A stretch of 64,000 bases of DNA from Trichosphaerium sp. ATCC 40318 (lineage: Eukaryota > Protista > Tubulinea): assembly GCA_038496445.1 (NCBI GenBank), contig JALMLS010000309.1, forward strand, positions 1 through 64,000. The letters run 5' to 3'. Both the position numbers and the translations under genes were made by a program. Shown here one piece after another: positions 1 through 13,254 of this stretch (within the stretch, counting starts at the first letter, position 1; every line of letters starts with the position of its first letter). The notes beneath the pieces are model-generated. The model saw only the letters and a list, made by a program, of their open reading frames with translations. It was not told where the DNA came from and ran no database searches.

Positions 1-1205
1 TATCTGTCAGGATTAAAGAGTCTGGAACTAGGAGAGGCTGTTGGTACCATTACAGGGGAAGGTCTTAAGCACCTGTCTAACTTGACAAGCTTGAGATTTT
101 CTGATCTACCTGGAGTCGACTAGGATGGGTTTATACATCTTGTTAACCTAAAGGAACTATCTTGTTCTATCGGTGAAAGTTTTACAGATGATCATCTTAA
201 GTGCTTTGAAAACCTTGAGTGTCTTAACCTATCACACAGTCACATAACAGACGAAGGATTAAAACATATTAAGAAGCTAAGAAAGCTTTGTTTGTTTGGA
301 ACTATGGATTGTATAACAACAAAAGGTTTACAACATATCAAATACATTGAGGAAGGTAGCTTTCTCTTCGAAGGTGCCTTAACAGCAGACTGCTACAAGT
401 ATCTCCCTGGTATACGCAGATTAGATATTGTACAACAAGGTAAACACGCTATACCATGTGATGAATTATTGAGCTACCTCGCCGGTATTGAAGATATTTG
501 CATAGCAGGTAACCTTTTTACCATACAGGAGTGCTTTTTTAACATCATCCCCATGTGTACTTTTAGGATTGACATCAGAAGGTATTAAGTACCTTTCTGG
601 TGTACACACGGTTGATTTAACTAAAACTACTGTTAACGACGAACGTCTAAAATATCTCTCAGGTGCTCGTAGATTAACTCTGCATGGTACGTTATTCTTT
701 TTCTCACACGTGAAAAAGCACGTGCATTTGAAACTGAAACGGATTTTTGTTGAGTTACTTTTTGTTTACTAACGCTTGTGTTATTATAGCTTGCCATGAT
801 ATCACTAATGATGGCTTGAAGCATCTCGCCGATGTTCCATACATCAATCTTTCTGATACTCAGATATCTGACGAAGGATTGAAGCATCTTGGCCGTGTTT
901 CTTATCTTTATCTTGATGCTACAAATATTACTGATAATGGCATGAAATACGTCAAACCTAGATTGCTATCTATTGTGATGACTGAAGTCACTGACAGCGG
1001 TCTTAGCGCTTTGAACAAGACCTACCTCAGATCCGTCAATGTATCTTGGGCAAGAGTTACTGCTAAAGGTATTAAGTCGTTGGCTGGTGTACCTTTTATA
1101 CAAGTGAATGACAACATTGGCAAGCACGTGGATGTAGATGATATTGGAAGGTCAACCTTGCGTTTGATTGATGAAGACATGTATGGTCACTATATTATAA
1201 GCTAA
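1..1205 (+). CDS. Leucine-rich-repeat protein (F-box/LRR-type repeats), 5'-partial, with one in-frame TAG; possible pseudogene
   Basis: Repeats of the LxxLxLxxxxITDEGLKxL type. The apparent frame changes are explained by GT-AG introns at 509-566 and 687-789. One in-frame TAG at 121-123 (LPGVD*DGFIHL). Ends TAA at 1205. Confidence 0.8.
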
Positions 1206-1508
1206 AAAGGTGTACCCATTTACCATCAAAGGAATACCCCCTAATCACGAAGGACTAAATCTCGTCACTTCAAGTTGTTAAACATGCAAATAGAATATTT
1301 GAGTTTCAAATAAAAAATAGTGTTGCTGTACTCAAGATGCAACTTAAGCTTTCTTCTCAAAAATCATTAAGTACAAAATTAAGACTGCTTCTTTCCACCA
1401 GTCATCAAAATAAAACAACTATTGTTAGCTGTGAATAACAGTTCATTATTGTACGAACACTGCAAAGTTCTTGCTTTGATCTTCTAGCAGTTGGGAAAAT
1501 TCTTAAAA

Positions 1509-3381
1509 TTATTTTTGGTGTGCCATTACGATCCAATGCTTTTCATTTTGTACTTTACCATCAACATAAACACCTTGACACTTCAATTGGCCATTAGAGT
1601 ACCAATTCTTTTCTTCTCCATGTTTACGTCCATTAACCCAAAAACAATGCCTCTTTAGTTGTCCATTCTCATGCCACATCCTTTCCTCTCCGTTTTTGTA
1701 ATTTTTTATGTACGTACATTGTGAGAGTATCTGACCATTAGGTGAATAATAGCGCTTTTCTTCACCTTCCTTCTTATCATTAACATAAACACATTGACAC
1801 TTCAATTGACCATTATAGTACCAATTCTTTTCTTCTCCATGTTTACGTCCATTAACCCAAAAACAATGTCTCTTTAGTTGTCCATTCTCATGCCACATCC
1901 TTTCCTCTCCGTTTTTGTCATTTTTTATATACGTACATTGTGAGAGTATCTGACCGTATGAATAATAACGCTTTTCTTCGCCTTCCTTCTTATCATTAAC
2001 ATAAAAGCGGTGGAACTCTAGTTGTCCATTTTCGAACCAATACTTTTCCTCACCTTCTTTTCTTGACATAAACTTTTCTTCTGAGTGGTTGGTGTCATAA
2101 TGCCAAATACTTTTTAGGTTTCCATTCTCATACCAGTATTTTTCTTCTCCTTCTTTAAAAAATTCGAAATAGAAGCACTGATTTCTCAGATTACCATTCT
2201 CGTACCAACACTTCTCTTCTCCATGTTTCTTATTATTAACGTAGTAATTCTGGTGCTTCAGTTGGCCACTTGCATACCAATGTTTGGCTTCTCCTTCTAC
2301 CTTGCCATCAACAAAAGTACATTGAGTTTCTATTTTGCCATTACTGTAATACAATGTCGTTAACCCTTCTTTCTTTCCTTTTCTGTAAACCATTTTTGAT
2401 GCTAATGTTCCATTCTCATGATATTCCTCCTTCTCACCTTCTATTTCTCCATTGACATAAACACATTTTTTGTGCAATTGTCCACTATAATGCCAAAGTT
2501 TTTCTTCTCCTTCTTTACTACCATTAGCATAAGAACGCTCGCTGGCTATCTGACCACTCTCGAACCAAAATGTTTCTTTTCCTTCTTTCTTGCCATTAAT
2601 ATAAACACGCTGACTCTTCAGTTGATTATTCTCATACCACTCCTTTTCTTCACTTCTACCATCTTTCCCTACTGGTAATAACGAATAATTTGGTTTGCCA
2701 CTCTCATAAAAGTGCTTCTTTGTCATGAATCCATCAATGAAACAGTACTCACGTGATACTTGTCCGTTCTTGTACCAACACTTAATTTCTCCACTGCGCT
2801 TGCCATTAATGCAATTGTACTTCTCTTTCAGTCTACCATTGTTGTGCCACTCCTTACATTCACCATGTACCTTCCCATTGACATAGGGTAGGAGCTTGAA
2901 AATAGAACCGTCTGATATCCTGAACATTTTGCTGTCTCCATGTTTCTTACCATTCTTGTAAAACCGATGTTCCGCAAGGAATCCTTTGATCGCCCATGCC
3001 TTGTACTCGCCATCGAGTACGTCATCGATGTAATGACATTGGTTAATCTGTGAACCTCCTTTCCGCCAAGTTTTGAGAACGCCTTGTTTGAGTCCGCCAG
3101 AATAAAACCTTTCGCCTACTTTCTTACCACCGTTGTATCTCATCCATTTACCTTGTTTTTTCAAGTCGATATCAAACCTTGAGCATAATGCGGCTTGTTT
3201 GGATAGCAATGGCCATTTAACATAAGCAGAATAATCCAAGTCTATGATATCGAGTTGTAGCTCCACTGGGAGTTGGAGAAGACTCGTTTTAATACGTTTT
3301 TGTTTGTGTGTCCTCTATTCAGCGTCAAAATATGTTAATACGTTAAAAATATATTGTACGTACTTTTCTTCTTGCCGCCAT
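1509..3381 (-). CDS. F-box + MORN-variant (MORN_2/YwqK-like) repeat protein
   Basis: Exon 1 at 3381-3364 (MAARRK), intron 3363-3315 (GTACGT...TAG), then one exon with F-box-like SLLQLPVELQLDII...YVKWPLLSK and about 20 repeats of the GxxxGxxxxWYENGQL type. Confidence 0.85.
1563..2005 (-). repeat. Recent internal tandem duplication of three MORN units (216-219 bp)
   Basis: The segment YVNDKKEGEEKRYY...GQLKCQxVYV occurs twice with near-identical DNA, offset 216-219 bp. Confidence 0.9.
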
Positions 3382-4561
3382 ACCGTTTTCTTGGTCGTGT
3401 TGCTGTAGTTATGAAAATTGCCTAAGAATTCGTGAGAAAACTCATTTTTTTTCATAGAGCCTTTCTTGTTTTTTTCTAGTGTTCAAAATGTTCAATAGAC
3501 TACTATTCGCAAATACACCTTAAAATACTCGCTCATACAATTTAACTTCAATAAATACAGTGGCGCCTAAGAAAATCTTGAGCGTGGAAGGCTTTACTTG
3601 ACGTTGACAGTGGCTGGTACAATATCTTCATGCAATACTTAAACGGTACTTATCACGTGTTAAAGGTTGGTATCGTTTCTAACGGTTTTGCGATTAGAAT
3701 CCGAAAAAAATGCGAGATCGTAAACGTGTGCCAAAGAGCATACGATAGGTACTACAACTGTGCCCAATTAGAACATTTACCATTGGTAGATACTATTGAA
3801 TCTTGCAATTCATTGCGTAAGCTACGGAAATATTACACATTGAAAAATTATATAATGTTCATTTCAATGAGGTTGAAATGCTTGATTGAGCATCTTATTC
3901 CAATACACAAGCTCACATATCCATTCAATGGAAAACTTGTATGCTTTTGTTACATCTCTGGTTGTACGTGATAAACACAACGCTACTGCTTGAAGATAAA
4001 AAATTTCATGGACGCACAAAATTCCTCTAATTCTAGCACTCCAAATGCTGCAATGAGGAAGTATAGACTGTATATACGACGCTTAGCATCACTAATGTAT
4101 CTGTAAAGAAAAATGAGAAGATCAAACGATGTCTGAGGTGTGCATGAGTGTGTTGTAAAAAGTTGAAATTTGTATGAGTAAGGATATTTTGTTGTATTAG
4201 GGAGGGGACTAGAGCATTAATTTACGGCTACACAACCGTTAACGGTTTAGGTTTGATAAACTGTTAAGCAACTACAATAGCGTAAATTGTTCTGTCACAA
4301 CTGGGCAAATCTCAATATCTAGATGAAGTTCACCCACGAAATGCCAACTTTTTGGCCGGATTGATGTCTATAATATTGTCTTTTTCTCTCTGATAATAAT
4401 GACAATGTACCAAGTGATCAACAAGAAGGAGAAACCAACAACTAACTGTTGACGAACTCTAAAACGGGGCAGATAAGGCGCTCCTGAGGTTAAGTCAAGA
4501 GTCTACTTTATTCAGCGTTAAATAGTTTCTACTGTCACCACACGCACCGTCATATAGTAAG

Positions 4562-5792
4562 ATGACAGATGCCACGCTTGATACTGCAATAATGGTTAAT
4601 TACGCTTCCAAATTGCTCTTTGATAAAGATTTCGCTCGTTACTTTCTGTGTGCGTACCTTCCTTTGCCGTCCGTCATTTCCGTTGGTCAATGCTCCAAAG
4701 AATGGTCTGATATAAAAAAAACAATCTCAGAGGTGGATATGCTCGTTTTATGTAACACATACGCCCTGGAATTGCTCAGGGCACCGAAAAGGTTCGTTTT
4801 GGCGCCAAAACTACCACACCCTGTCAGCCGAATTCAAGAGTCTCTCCGATTGTAAAATAGCTAATGTTAAACAACAGAATCGTAGATGCAGTGATTGAAT
4901 CAACAAGGAATCGTTCAGGAAGAGTTATACAAAATTATAGCTACGAAGAGTTTGATGAAGATACTATCACTAGTGGAAGAGAAATGTCTAACAAGAACCT
5001 ACTACAGCACATCATAACAAACTCCTTTTATACAGAAAATTTCCCATACTTGGATGGTACATTAGCAGATTACTACCCTGACAAGCTTAAATGTCAAAAA
5101 TGCAAATGCTACAATTCTAATGATAAAGAAATTGTATCCTCCTCACCACGTGGGTCTCCCTCAACAACAAACTATGACTCTGAGGAATCTAATGACTTTG
5201 AGGAATATGATTCAGAAGAATCTGACTATGGTGAAGAAAGCAAGTGATTAAACATGCTCATCGTTATGGTAACACATGTTTTAGGTCAAGCAGAATTCAT
5301 TGTAAGTGAGAATGGTGAACCAGGCACGTGTTTTCAAAAGTTAAACGGCTTCCATCACTGTTACTAATGGTGATTCGAACAGTGTTGGTTTGTAATGAAT
5401 GCAAAATAAAGTACTTTGGTTCAGAAGTGGAATCAAAGGAAATTGCATGTTCACGACATGTAAAGCAGAGTAGATACTGGGAAGCTAAAAGATATGGAGG
5501 GGGAAAGCCAAGATATGAATTAGAGCCAGGAAAATTTGTTTGTAAGGAATGTGCACTTGATGATGAATTGTTTGTTTTAAGGTTGTTGATGATGGAGTGT
5601 CCTGGGTGGATAGACGAGGAGGGCGTGGATTTTTGCTATAAGATACTTGATAAATCAGAAGGTGATACTGTGCTTAGCCTTTATGATAGACATGTTAGAC
5701 TAAAAGAAGGAGAGCATTGTATAAGATTGCTTGAGTGGGAAGGAATGGACTCACTTGTAAAGTGTTCATGGGTTGGAAAGTGGTTAAAGTAG
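4562..5792 (+). pseudogene. Fragmented F-box-like gene with acidic and Cys-rich segments
   Basis: Three consecutive ORFs in different frames with no convincing splice sites. The first has F-box-like YLPLPSVISVGQCSKEW. Later parts have CxxC motifs (CQKC, CNEC, CKEC) and a YDSEES repeat. Confidence 0.4.
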
Positions 5793-6086
5793 TTTGAAAC
5801 AGTACATACTCAATGCAAGATAAATTATTTCTTTGACAAAGACCTTGGTTTCACAAAGCTATTGGAGCTATGTAACTCAGCAACTGAGTTTCCTACTGAC
5901 AAGCAAAATTTTTTATACTTTCACGTGTTAGTAAAAAGGGTGTATCTACCGATTGTCTTATTGTGGTTGAAAACAATGCATTGCATTCTTAATACCAAAC
6001 TTTTTTGATTTTCGGTGCATTTATTTCTAAGTGATGGCAAAGCAATAAAGTCATATATTTTATTTCTTAGAAACAATTTGTACATA

Positions 6087-9000
6087 CTACTTAAACCAAA
6101 CGTATATATCAGGATTATTTATGATATCTTCTCCTGTGAGAGTATTCTCTGCAGTTACTTCAACATTAAAGTATCGTTGGTTCTCTGGAATAGTAATCTT
6201 TGATATCTCCGGCACTAGCTTTGATAGCCTAATCACTATTAATTACATGTATAGTTATGGTTTAGACATACTTTCTTGGAAGTTTCTGTGACGCTCGCTT
6301 ATCGAAGATAGAGTAAATCATCGCAGTGCCAACGCCTATAATCTGTGCATCCATTTGGAAATTCTCCTGTGTACGATTAGCCTCATTTGAACAAACTCAA
6401 AGAGGATGTACCTTAAGGTGTACCAAAAACTCTTTCAATGTAATATCACCTTTCTTTATATCAATGCGGTCCCACAGGGTGAACTCAGAGTCTCTGAACA
6501 TTAACTTTTGTGGCGGCAATGGTTCAGATTGTTGGAACAAAGGCAATGTCAAATTTACAAAAGAGTTTTTGAACGAGCTTAGTGTTTTCCCTGTTTGAAA
6601 TAACTACCAAACTTGTTAGCGTATAGAACTCTCTCATTCTTAAAGCGTACCTTGTAGATCTCTAAACAAACTAAACCAGTAACTAGAGCAGTAGTAGTGA
6701 TCATAGCAGGCATAATACGACCAGCTATTAGCTTTGATTGCAACTGAGTTACCTTAACAGAATTAGACGTAGGGACAACGAAATCACGTGATTGGTATAT
6801 TTGTAAATACGTACTGGTTTGATACCATAAGCATTTGCACGGATATTAGAAGCAGCATGAATAAAGTCAATATGAAAGTTTGTATCATCGTCTTTTTCAA
6901 ATTTTACAGGATTTGCTCGGAAAGTAATTCGTTCTGTCTTAGGCAGTTTAGCTTCTATTCTAGCTATTCTTTCATCATCATCGTTTGAGTATTGGCTAAA
7001 ATATAAATGTTAAGTTACTTGTTGTCTTGTATACCATCCATAAAAAGACGTACACAACTTTTGTATTTGATTTCTCATCAGTTTCTATCTTGATTCCATC
7101 CTTTGGCTTCCATTGTGGAATTCGTACTTGTGAAGCCGCTTCGGCTATGGCGTATACTTGTGAATTAACGTCTGATGGCTTGTGCTCAGAATCAATAATA
7201 TTAAGAGTGAAAGCGCGCAAGAAAGTTGCCGAAACAACAAATTTCGCGTGTAATTGATTTTTAGCATCAAACTCAACTATCTTTGGAGGTCTCTTTGAAC
7301 CAGACCAGAAAGGCGCTAAAGCTGATAAGTTGTGGTGGCCTTAAGAAAACTGACTTCGATTAAAAAGCTGTCTTACCTCCGCGAGAGTCAATAAAATCAA
7401 CAGGAAAATTGTAAAGAAGTTGCTTGTGTTTCCAGTTAAACAGCTTTTCAAACTCAAGTCTAGCCCATACTATACACTCTTTAAAGTCATGTTGTCTTTC
7501 TAAAATACAGCTTTCCAGTATTTCCAAGGTAGGCAGTTTGAGATTTTGGGAAACACTCTACAGAGTAAAGTAAGTCAAAAAACCGGCAAAAAAAAATGTC
7601 TCGTGCAGTCAGATAATCAGATTGCTCAAGAAAAGCGTTTGTTACTTCAGGGTGTTTAACGAAATAGCCCTCAAAGCAATGTTCCCTTTTTAGTACAATC
7701 TGTTAGGCAGGTATATGAGAACAACTAACAGTACCTTGCCCATTGTAAGCAGTGTTCGATAGTGCTTGGGAAAGAATGCAAGATGCATATGTGTGCCTCT
7801 TTTGGTGGAGGATCGCTCGAAGATCCATACGATTCTGTAGTATGTGGTACAACAACTTGAACATTGCCCTTAGATCCAAGTGTGCCAGAATCGATAAGAG
7901 GCTTTCTAAGCAAATTTAGAGTTGTGTATTCAAGGTTCAACTTTACCTGAAGAATACGCATCTTCTGTCTATGTACAAGCGAGCTTCTACGTTATCTACA
8001 GCGTTTGCTACACCATCAAGTTTTTCCCAAAAGTCATCATGGAATACATTTTCAGTTGAGGGACCAACTTTAGTTGCTAGAGCTTCTATCTTCAAGTTTG
8101 GATTCATTTTACGAACAGCGTCGCAAGCAGTCGTTGATTTAAGCTTCTAAGACAGTACATATCAGTGATGTTAATTATAGGCGCTTATGTACCGTTACAT
8201 CCCAACTACGGTACAAGAACTGCCTGTTCAAATTTGATATTTCAATCGTATCCATATCAGTTACAGTTACTTTTCCTTTGGGTCCTATGGTGTTGCTTAA
8301 TTTACAATTCATTGTATAAACGCCTGTCGTACCACAACCGATACCCATCATTGCCAAATTCTTGAGCATCTCGCAGCCAATTGCGCCAGCACCAACCACG
8401 AAGTAATTTAGGTTCAAGAGTTTCTGGGTGAATGTATTTCCAAATACAGCAATTTGACCGTCGTATCTTGTGTTTCTCTGCTAGTAGTTAAGAATTTTTT
8501 GTAATTCAATGCGAGTGAGAACATACCGGCTCAGCATCTGATTCTGATATGTCATCAGTGGGAAGACATTCAAGGTTTTCTATGAATAAAAACTGATTGA
8601 TTGGTGTGAACTTATTTGTTGTCGCTTTGAGGACTTCCTGAGCTACTATGCCTCCAAATGTAGCTGACATCGGGTTTATTGAACCCGATGACGTTTTAGC
8701 TAAGTCAAGGATTACTTTTGAAAGCGATCGTTTTACTTCTCCATCAACCTAGAAAGGTTTTAGTTTTCTGTGAACAAAATCGCAACAGCGTCTATGCTCC
8801 TACCTTTGGAGATTCACTGAAGTCCTTGATTGTGTAGCGTTCATCTTCTCTTAACTCGTTGTTAAAATTTTGCACCCTTTCCAACACATCTTCAGCGTCA
8901 TTCTTAGGAAAAATTAGTACTTTTATTTTTAAAAAGCTTGTTATTTTTAGTGCACTTACGTTGTTATGTGGTCTTGGGAGTCTGCCATTTTGTTTTCTAA

Positions 9001-10339
9001 AAGATAAGATTGCTTGTAAAAAGAGGAAATAAAGCATAGATCTGTTGGTTATAGACCAATCAACGATTTGTATTTTGTCTTCCGGCAATTTCTTGCCCAC
9101 GAAACTTTCCAAAGAGTCCTACGCTGTATGTGAGTGAAACTGGATGTAATCTTCTTTAAAGGATAAAAAATACGTACAAAAGAGGCGTGCACAGGTTTCT
9201 TGACTTGAACTAAGTATCCTCCTTTGAAGTAGTCTGAAAACTCTGTTGTGTCTCCAATGATGAGTTGTTCTGGACCTTTTACTTTCACTTTGTATTCCTG
9301 TCCGTTAATCTCTTCCATTCCGTTCACTTCTGTTATTCGAATATAATCGCCGTCTTCTAGGTCATGGTTTGATGTTTCAGCAACCGTAACAACAGCTTCT
9401 TTCTCCTTCCGAAAACATAAGTTAGATGAGAATAAAACAAGAATTGTTTATTGATTTGTACCTTTGTAATATGCGACAAAAACGCTGTCTTAGGTCTCTC
9501 ACCATCTTTGTCAAGGATTATAAAAGGTTGTTTACCCATATCAATAAAAGTATAACCAAATAATCCAAGAACATCAGCAGCAATAAACTTGACATTGGAT
9601 TCACGACACATTTTGTTGTACTGTAGCAAACTGTCAAATGACATATTGTTAGTGAATACAACTACCTAATACATGCTTTAGTAAACCCTCAGCGAAACAC
9701 CCTACAAAGCGTTGAGACAAAAACGACAAAGGTTGTACCGAGAACTTGCGTATAAAAGATTCTTCAATAGTTCCATTAAACACTTCAATATTCACACGCT
9801 CATTTAGTTCCCTCAATCTACCCAGTAGTACTTGCGCTCTGTTCATACCGACATCTTCTTCACTCAAATAAAACTAGGAAAGTTAGCGACTTAACTTGAT
9901 CCAACTTGTCCACTTACGTTTGTACTCAAATCTGAAATAGCAACCGCCTCTGTATCTTGGATAACCAGAGAAGATACTCCCATGAGAACAAGATTTTTTG
10001 CTATTACAACAACGTGAGTACGAAACTGTCTTTGATCATTCTATTAACGGGATTACCTATTTCGATACCAAGACCTTTCAGGCCTACCAAAAATATCCGA
10101 GAGCGTTCAAGTTGTTTAAGAGTCTCAACACCATTCTCGCCAAGAGAATGAAGTAATCTGCTTGATCTTGCTTCCCACGATTGTTGACTTTCTACTTTCT
10201 GTTTTAGTTAGCGTTAGATTTGCCCTGTAATCGCTTCGTAGTGGTTGCGTACCTCAGTAGATGTGCTCTCCATTACTACGTCTTGTGTGTGGCTTAGTTT
10301 TCGTTTCTTTTTTCTCGGTTCGAATGAGCTGTTTTGCAT
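6087..10339 (-). CDS. UBA1: Ubiquitin/UBL-activating enzyme E1 (UBA1/UBA6 family), divergent, multi-exon
   Basis: [65 protein letters not shown], catalytic-Cys region [51 protein letters not shown] at 10339, TAG at 6087. Confidence 0.93.
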
Positions 10340-10837
10340 ACAAGAAACAGTAGAAGAAGTGCTGCTCTCGTTTGAGTTTGAATATTATGAAAAAAAGCGA
10401 GTTTTCTAGTATTAACGAGGGTCTTTGGTGCTGTTTTTCTTACTTTGCAGGGCTTGGTATTCCTTTGGTGAAGACAAACAAGCTATCAGCTGTACAAACT
10501 AGTGGTATTCCGTTCAGTGACATGAATTCCTACGTTATCTGAAAAAAAGAGTACATGTGTCGGTGGGTAAGATTGCTGTCATTGTACACGTGTATTCGAA
10601 TATCATATGTTAACCGTTGAGTGTTGAATAGACTAGCTAGTCTATAATTTCTCTTGGTTATTCACTTCACAATTGAAATTATCGAAATTTCTAGTTTCAG
10701 TGTAAATATTTTTATGCACGTACAGTAATATTATTGTAGTGCTTTTTTTTTTACCATGATAGCTATTAGATTGGAACTGTGAAGAACCAGTAAACACAAA
10801 CTATTGGGAGAATATATGACAAATGATACAGTGACAT

Positions 10838-11193
10838 AAGCCTTAAAAAGTCAATCGGGGTAAGTTCCACTGATTTGCCCGGTACTAATGCATGCGACAC
10901 AAACTACTGAAAGAGAAGTATACTTGCTAAAACGCATACAAGATCTTGAAGCTAAAAAGAAATTCCTTATTGAAAGCATAGCAGACGTTGAAACAAAACT
11001 GAGGTTCAATTCAAAACAAGGAAGATATAACCGGCTTGATAGGTATAACTTTTCATTGTACGTGTCGCCTGAATTTCAAATACCTCTCCAGAGCATAATG
11101 GGTTACATAGACACCGCAGTGGGTATGTCAAAGTCAAGGGAAAATGGACAGTCGGGCATATTCCAGACACTTTTAAGGCAATGTTATTTATAA
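10838..11193 (+). pseudogene. Degenerate gene relic, paralogous to 47330-47420 (- strand)
   Basis: Shares AAGCCTTAAAAAGTCA..GGGTAAGTTCCA and the peptide REVYLLxxIQDLExKKK with the 47.3-kb copy. Confidence 0.5.
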
Positions 11194-11452
11194 GTGCCAC
11201 AGCTAACTCAGGATGGTTAGGTAAATGTGAATGGCAGTCATTCAATGCTAAGTAACTGGACAGAGAGCACTGGGACGTTCGTTAATAACCCAAACGTGCT
11301 AATTAAAATGGGTTGTGAGCATAGAACACTAGGAAGTATTGACAAGAAGAAATTTGTATTATAAACAGAATAAGAAAGTGTTCGTTGTATTCAGTGTCAA
11401 ACAAAAACTTTTAATGTTCGTTGCTAGTTTGAGTACAGGTAATTTTTCATGT

Positions 11453-12424
11453 TCATGAAATCGTACATTCTGATTGTGACTCAGGTTTGCCATCAGCATC
11501 CCATTTTTTCTTGTCACATATTTTTCCATTGATATACGAACAGCTTTTATGCAATTGACCGTTTTCATGCCACCGCTTATACTCTCCATGGTATCTATTA
11601 TTAATGTAATAACATTGCTCCAATAATTGTCCATTTTCATACCACTTCTTACGTTCATATAATTTGTCTTCTATTTGATGAATATGCTGATACAACTTAC
11701 CACTTTCATACCATCTCTTTAATTCTCCATGAGGTTTATTTTTTCCCATTGTAGTTATTACCATTAAATTATTATTTGGATGCCATGCCTTGTACTCTCC
11801 TTCTAAGTTATCATCAACACAATGTGCCATTACTTTCCAAAGACCATTTCTGTACCACCTGTGAAGTTCACCTTCTCGTTTGCCATTTACATAGTAACAC
11901 AGCTCATACAACTGCCCATTTTTGTACCATGTCTTGCACTCACCTTCTTGTTTATCATTTACATACTGACAATGCCTAATAATTTGGCCACTCCAAAGCC
12001 ACTCCTTGTAATCACCGTTTATTTTTCCATTAACAAAATCAGTTTTCTTTCTCAATAGACCAAATTCATCCCATACTTTACTCTCTCCATGTCGTTTACC
12101 ATGAACCATAATCTTCTGGGAGATAACTATTTTGTAAGCTGAGGTTTCAACGTTTACAGATCTTATTTTGTTCCATTTGCCGTGTTGTTTCATCTCAGAG
12201 TCATACCTCGTTGTTATTGCTGTGTATTTTGATAAAAGTGGCCACTTTAAATACACGTCTAGATCAAAATCGATAATTATGAGGTGTATCTCCACTGGGA
12301 TGTTTAATAAATAACAATTTACCTAATTTATTATTTAAAGTTAATCACGTGCGTATTTTCGAGTATAACGTTTTCATACCTCATTTCCGCCCTCTCCGGA
12401 TGCTGGTTTAATATTTCTTTCCAT
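11453..12424 (-). CDS. F-box + MORN-variant repeat protein
   Basis: Exon 1 at 12424-12380 (MERNIKPASGEGGNE), intron 12379-12323, then LLNIPVEIHLIII...YLKWPLLSK and about 9 WYxNGxL repeats. Confidence 0.85.
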
Positions 12425-13254
12425 TAAACTTTGTACAAACTCCATTCGCAGCGGTTGTGGGCAAACTATTAAATGCGCTTAAGAAACTATTAAGTCTTGT
12501 TTCGGTATTACCCGCTTTGTGAACCCAATGAGAGAAGTTAAGTGGTAAACGTCTTTGAGTATATTCTATTCTTTATCTAGCTGTGTTAAATAGTACAATT
12601 GAACCTTAGGCTTTATAAAAACGTTGTGCAGTAAAGAAAACTTGAGAAATTTGTTTTAAGGCTGAGTTCTCAAGTGACCTTGTGATGTGGCATCAATCAA
12701 GACATTATTTGTTGCAAGCAGTTCGTATTTGCCTGCGTACGGAAAATTTATCTGGTACCTTTGTTCTATCCTAAGTAGTTCAACCAAAGTTTGTTATTCC
12801 GATGGATAAAGTCAAGTGACTAGATGGTAACGGAACAAGGGAGAATTGTACTTTCTCTATCGCCCGCTGTCGCAACAGACTGCCGATAAACTCCTACCAC
12901 TATCATTCACCCTATACACTCCTCAAACTCCTGTCCGTGTGAGTCAGAGGTGTGCCTTGGTGGCTATATGTACCTTTGCGTGTACTATAATGCCAATAGC
13001 TGTGCGTATCTATCTCTTGTCGTCCATAGTTGGTAACCTTTTCATTCATTCACAAAAGTGTTAGTTTGAAAACACCGAAATCGGCTTGTTGGGTATGAAT
13101 GACCCTTCAAGGGGGAATATGTATTTAGATTAATTGGTACAAGTCCGTGTTGCACAGCATAAACTCTTTATTTAAACTTTGCTATGTTCACACTTTGTTG
13201 ATCAGATTAACATAGTATACTTTGCCAAGATATTTTGTGAACAAAAACTTAGTG

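Noticed and set aside
509-789. Apparent frameshifts in the first LRR gene
   Set aside because: Explained by canonical introns 509-566 and 687-789.
2270-2678. Short ORFs antisense to repeat genes (also 11776-12058, 23048-23272, 41479-41697, 52517-52909)
   Set aside because: Shadow ORFs of repetitive coding sequence on the opposite strand.
1509-12424. Integrated giant-virus genome segment
   Set aside because: No capsid, packaging ATPase, polymerase or other viral hallmark gene is present. The virus-like genes are single insertions among intron-rich host genes.
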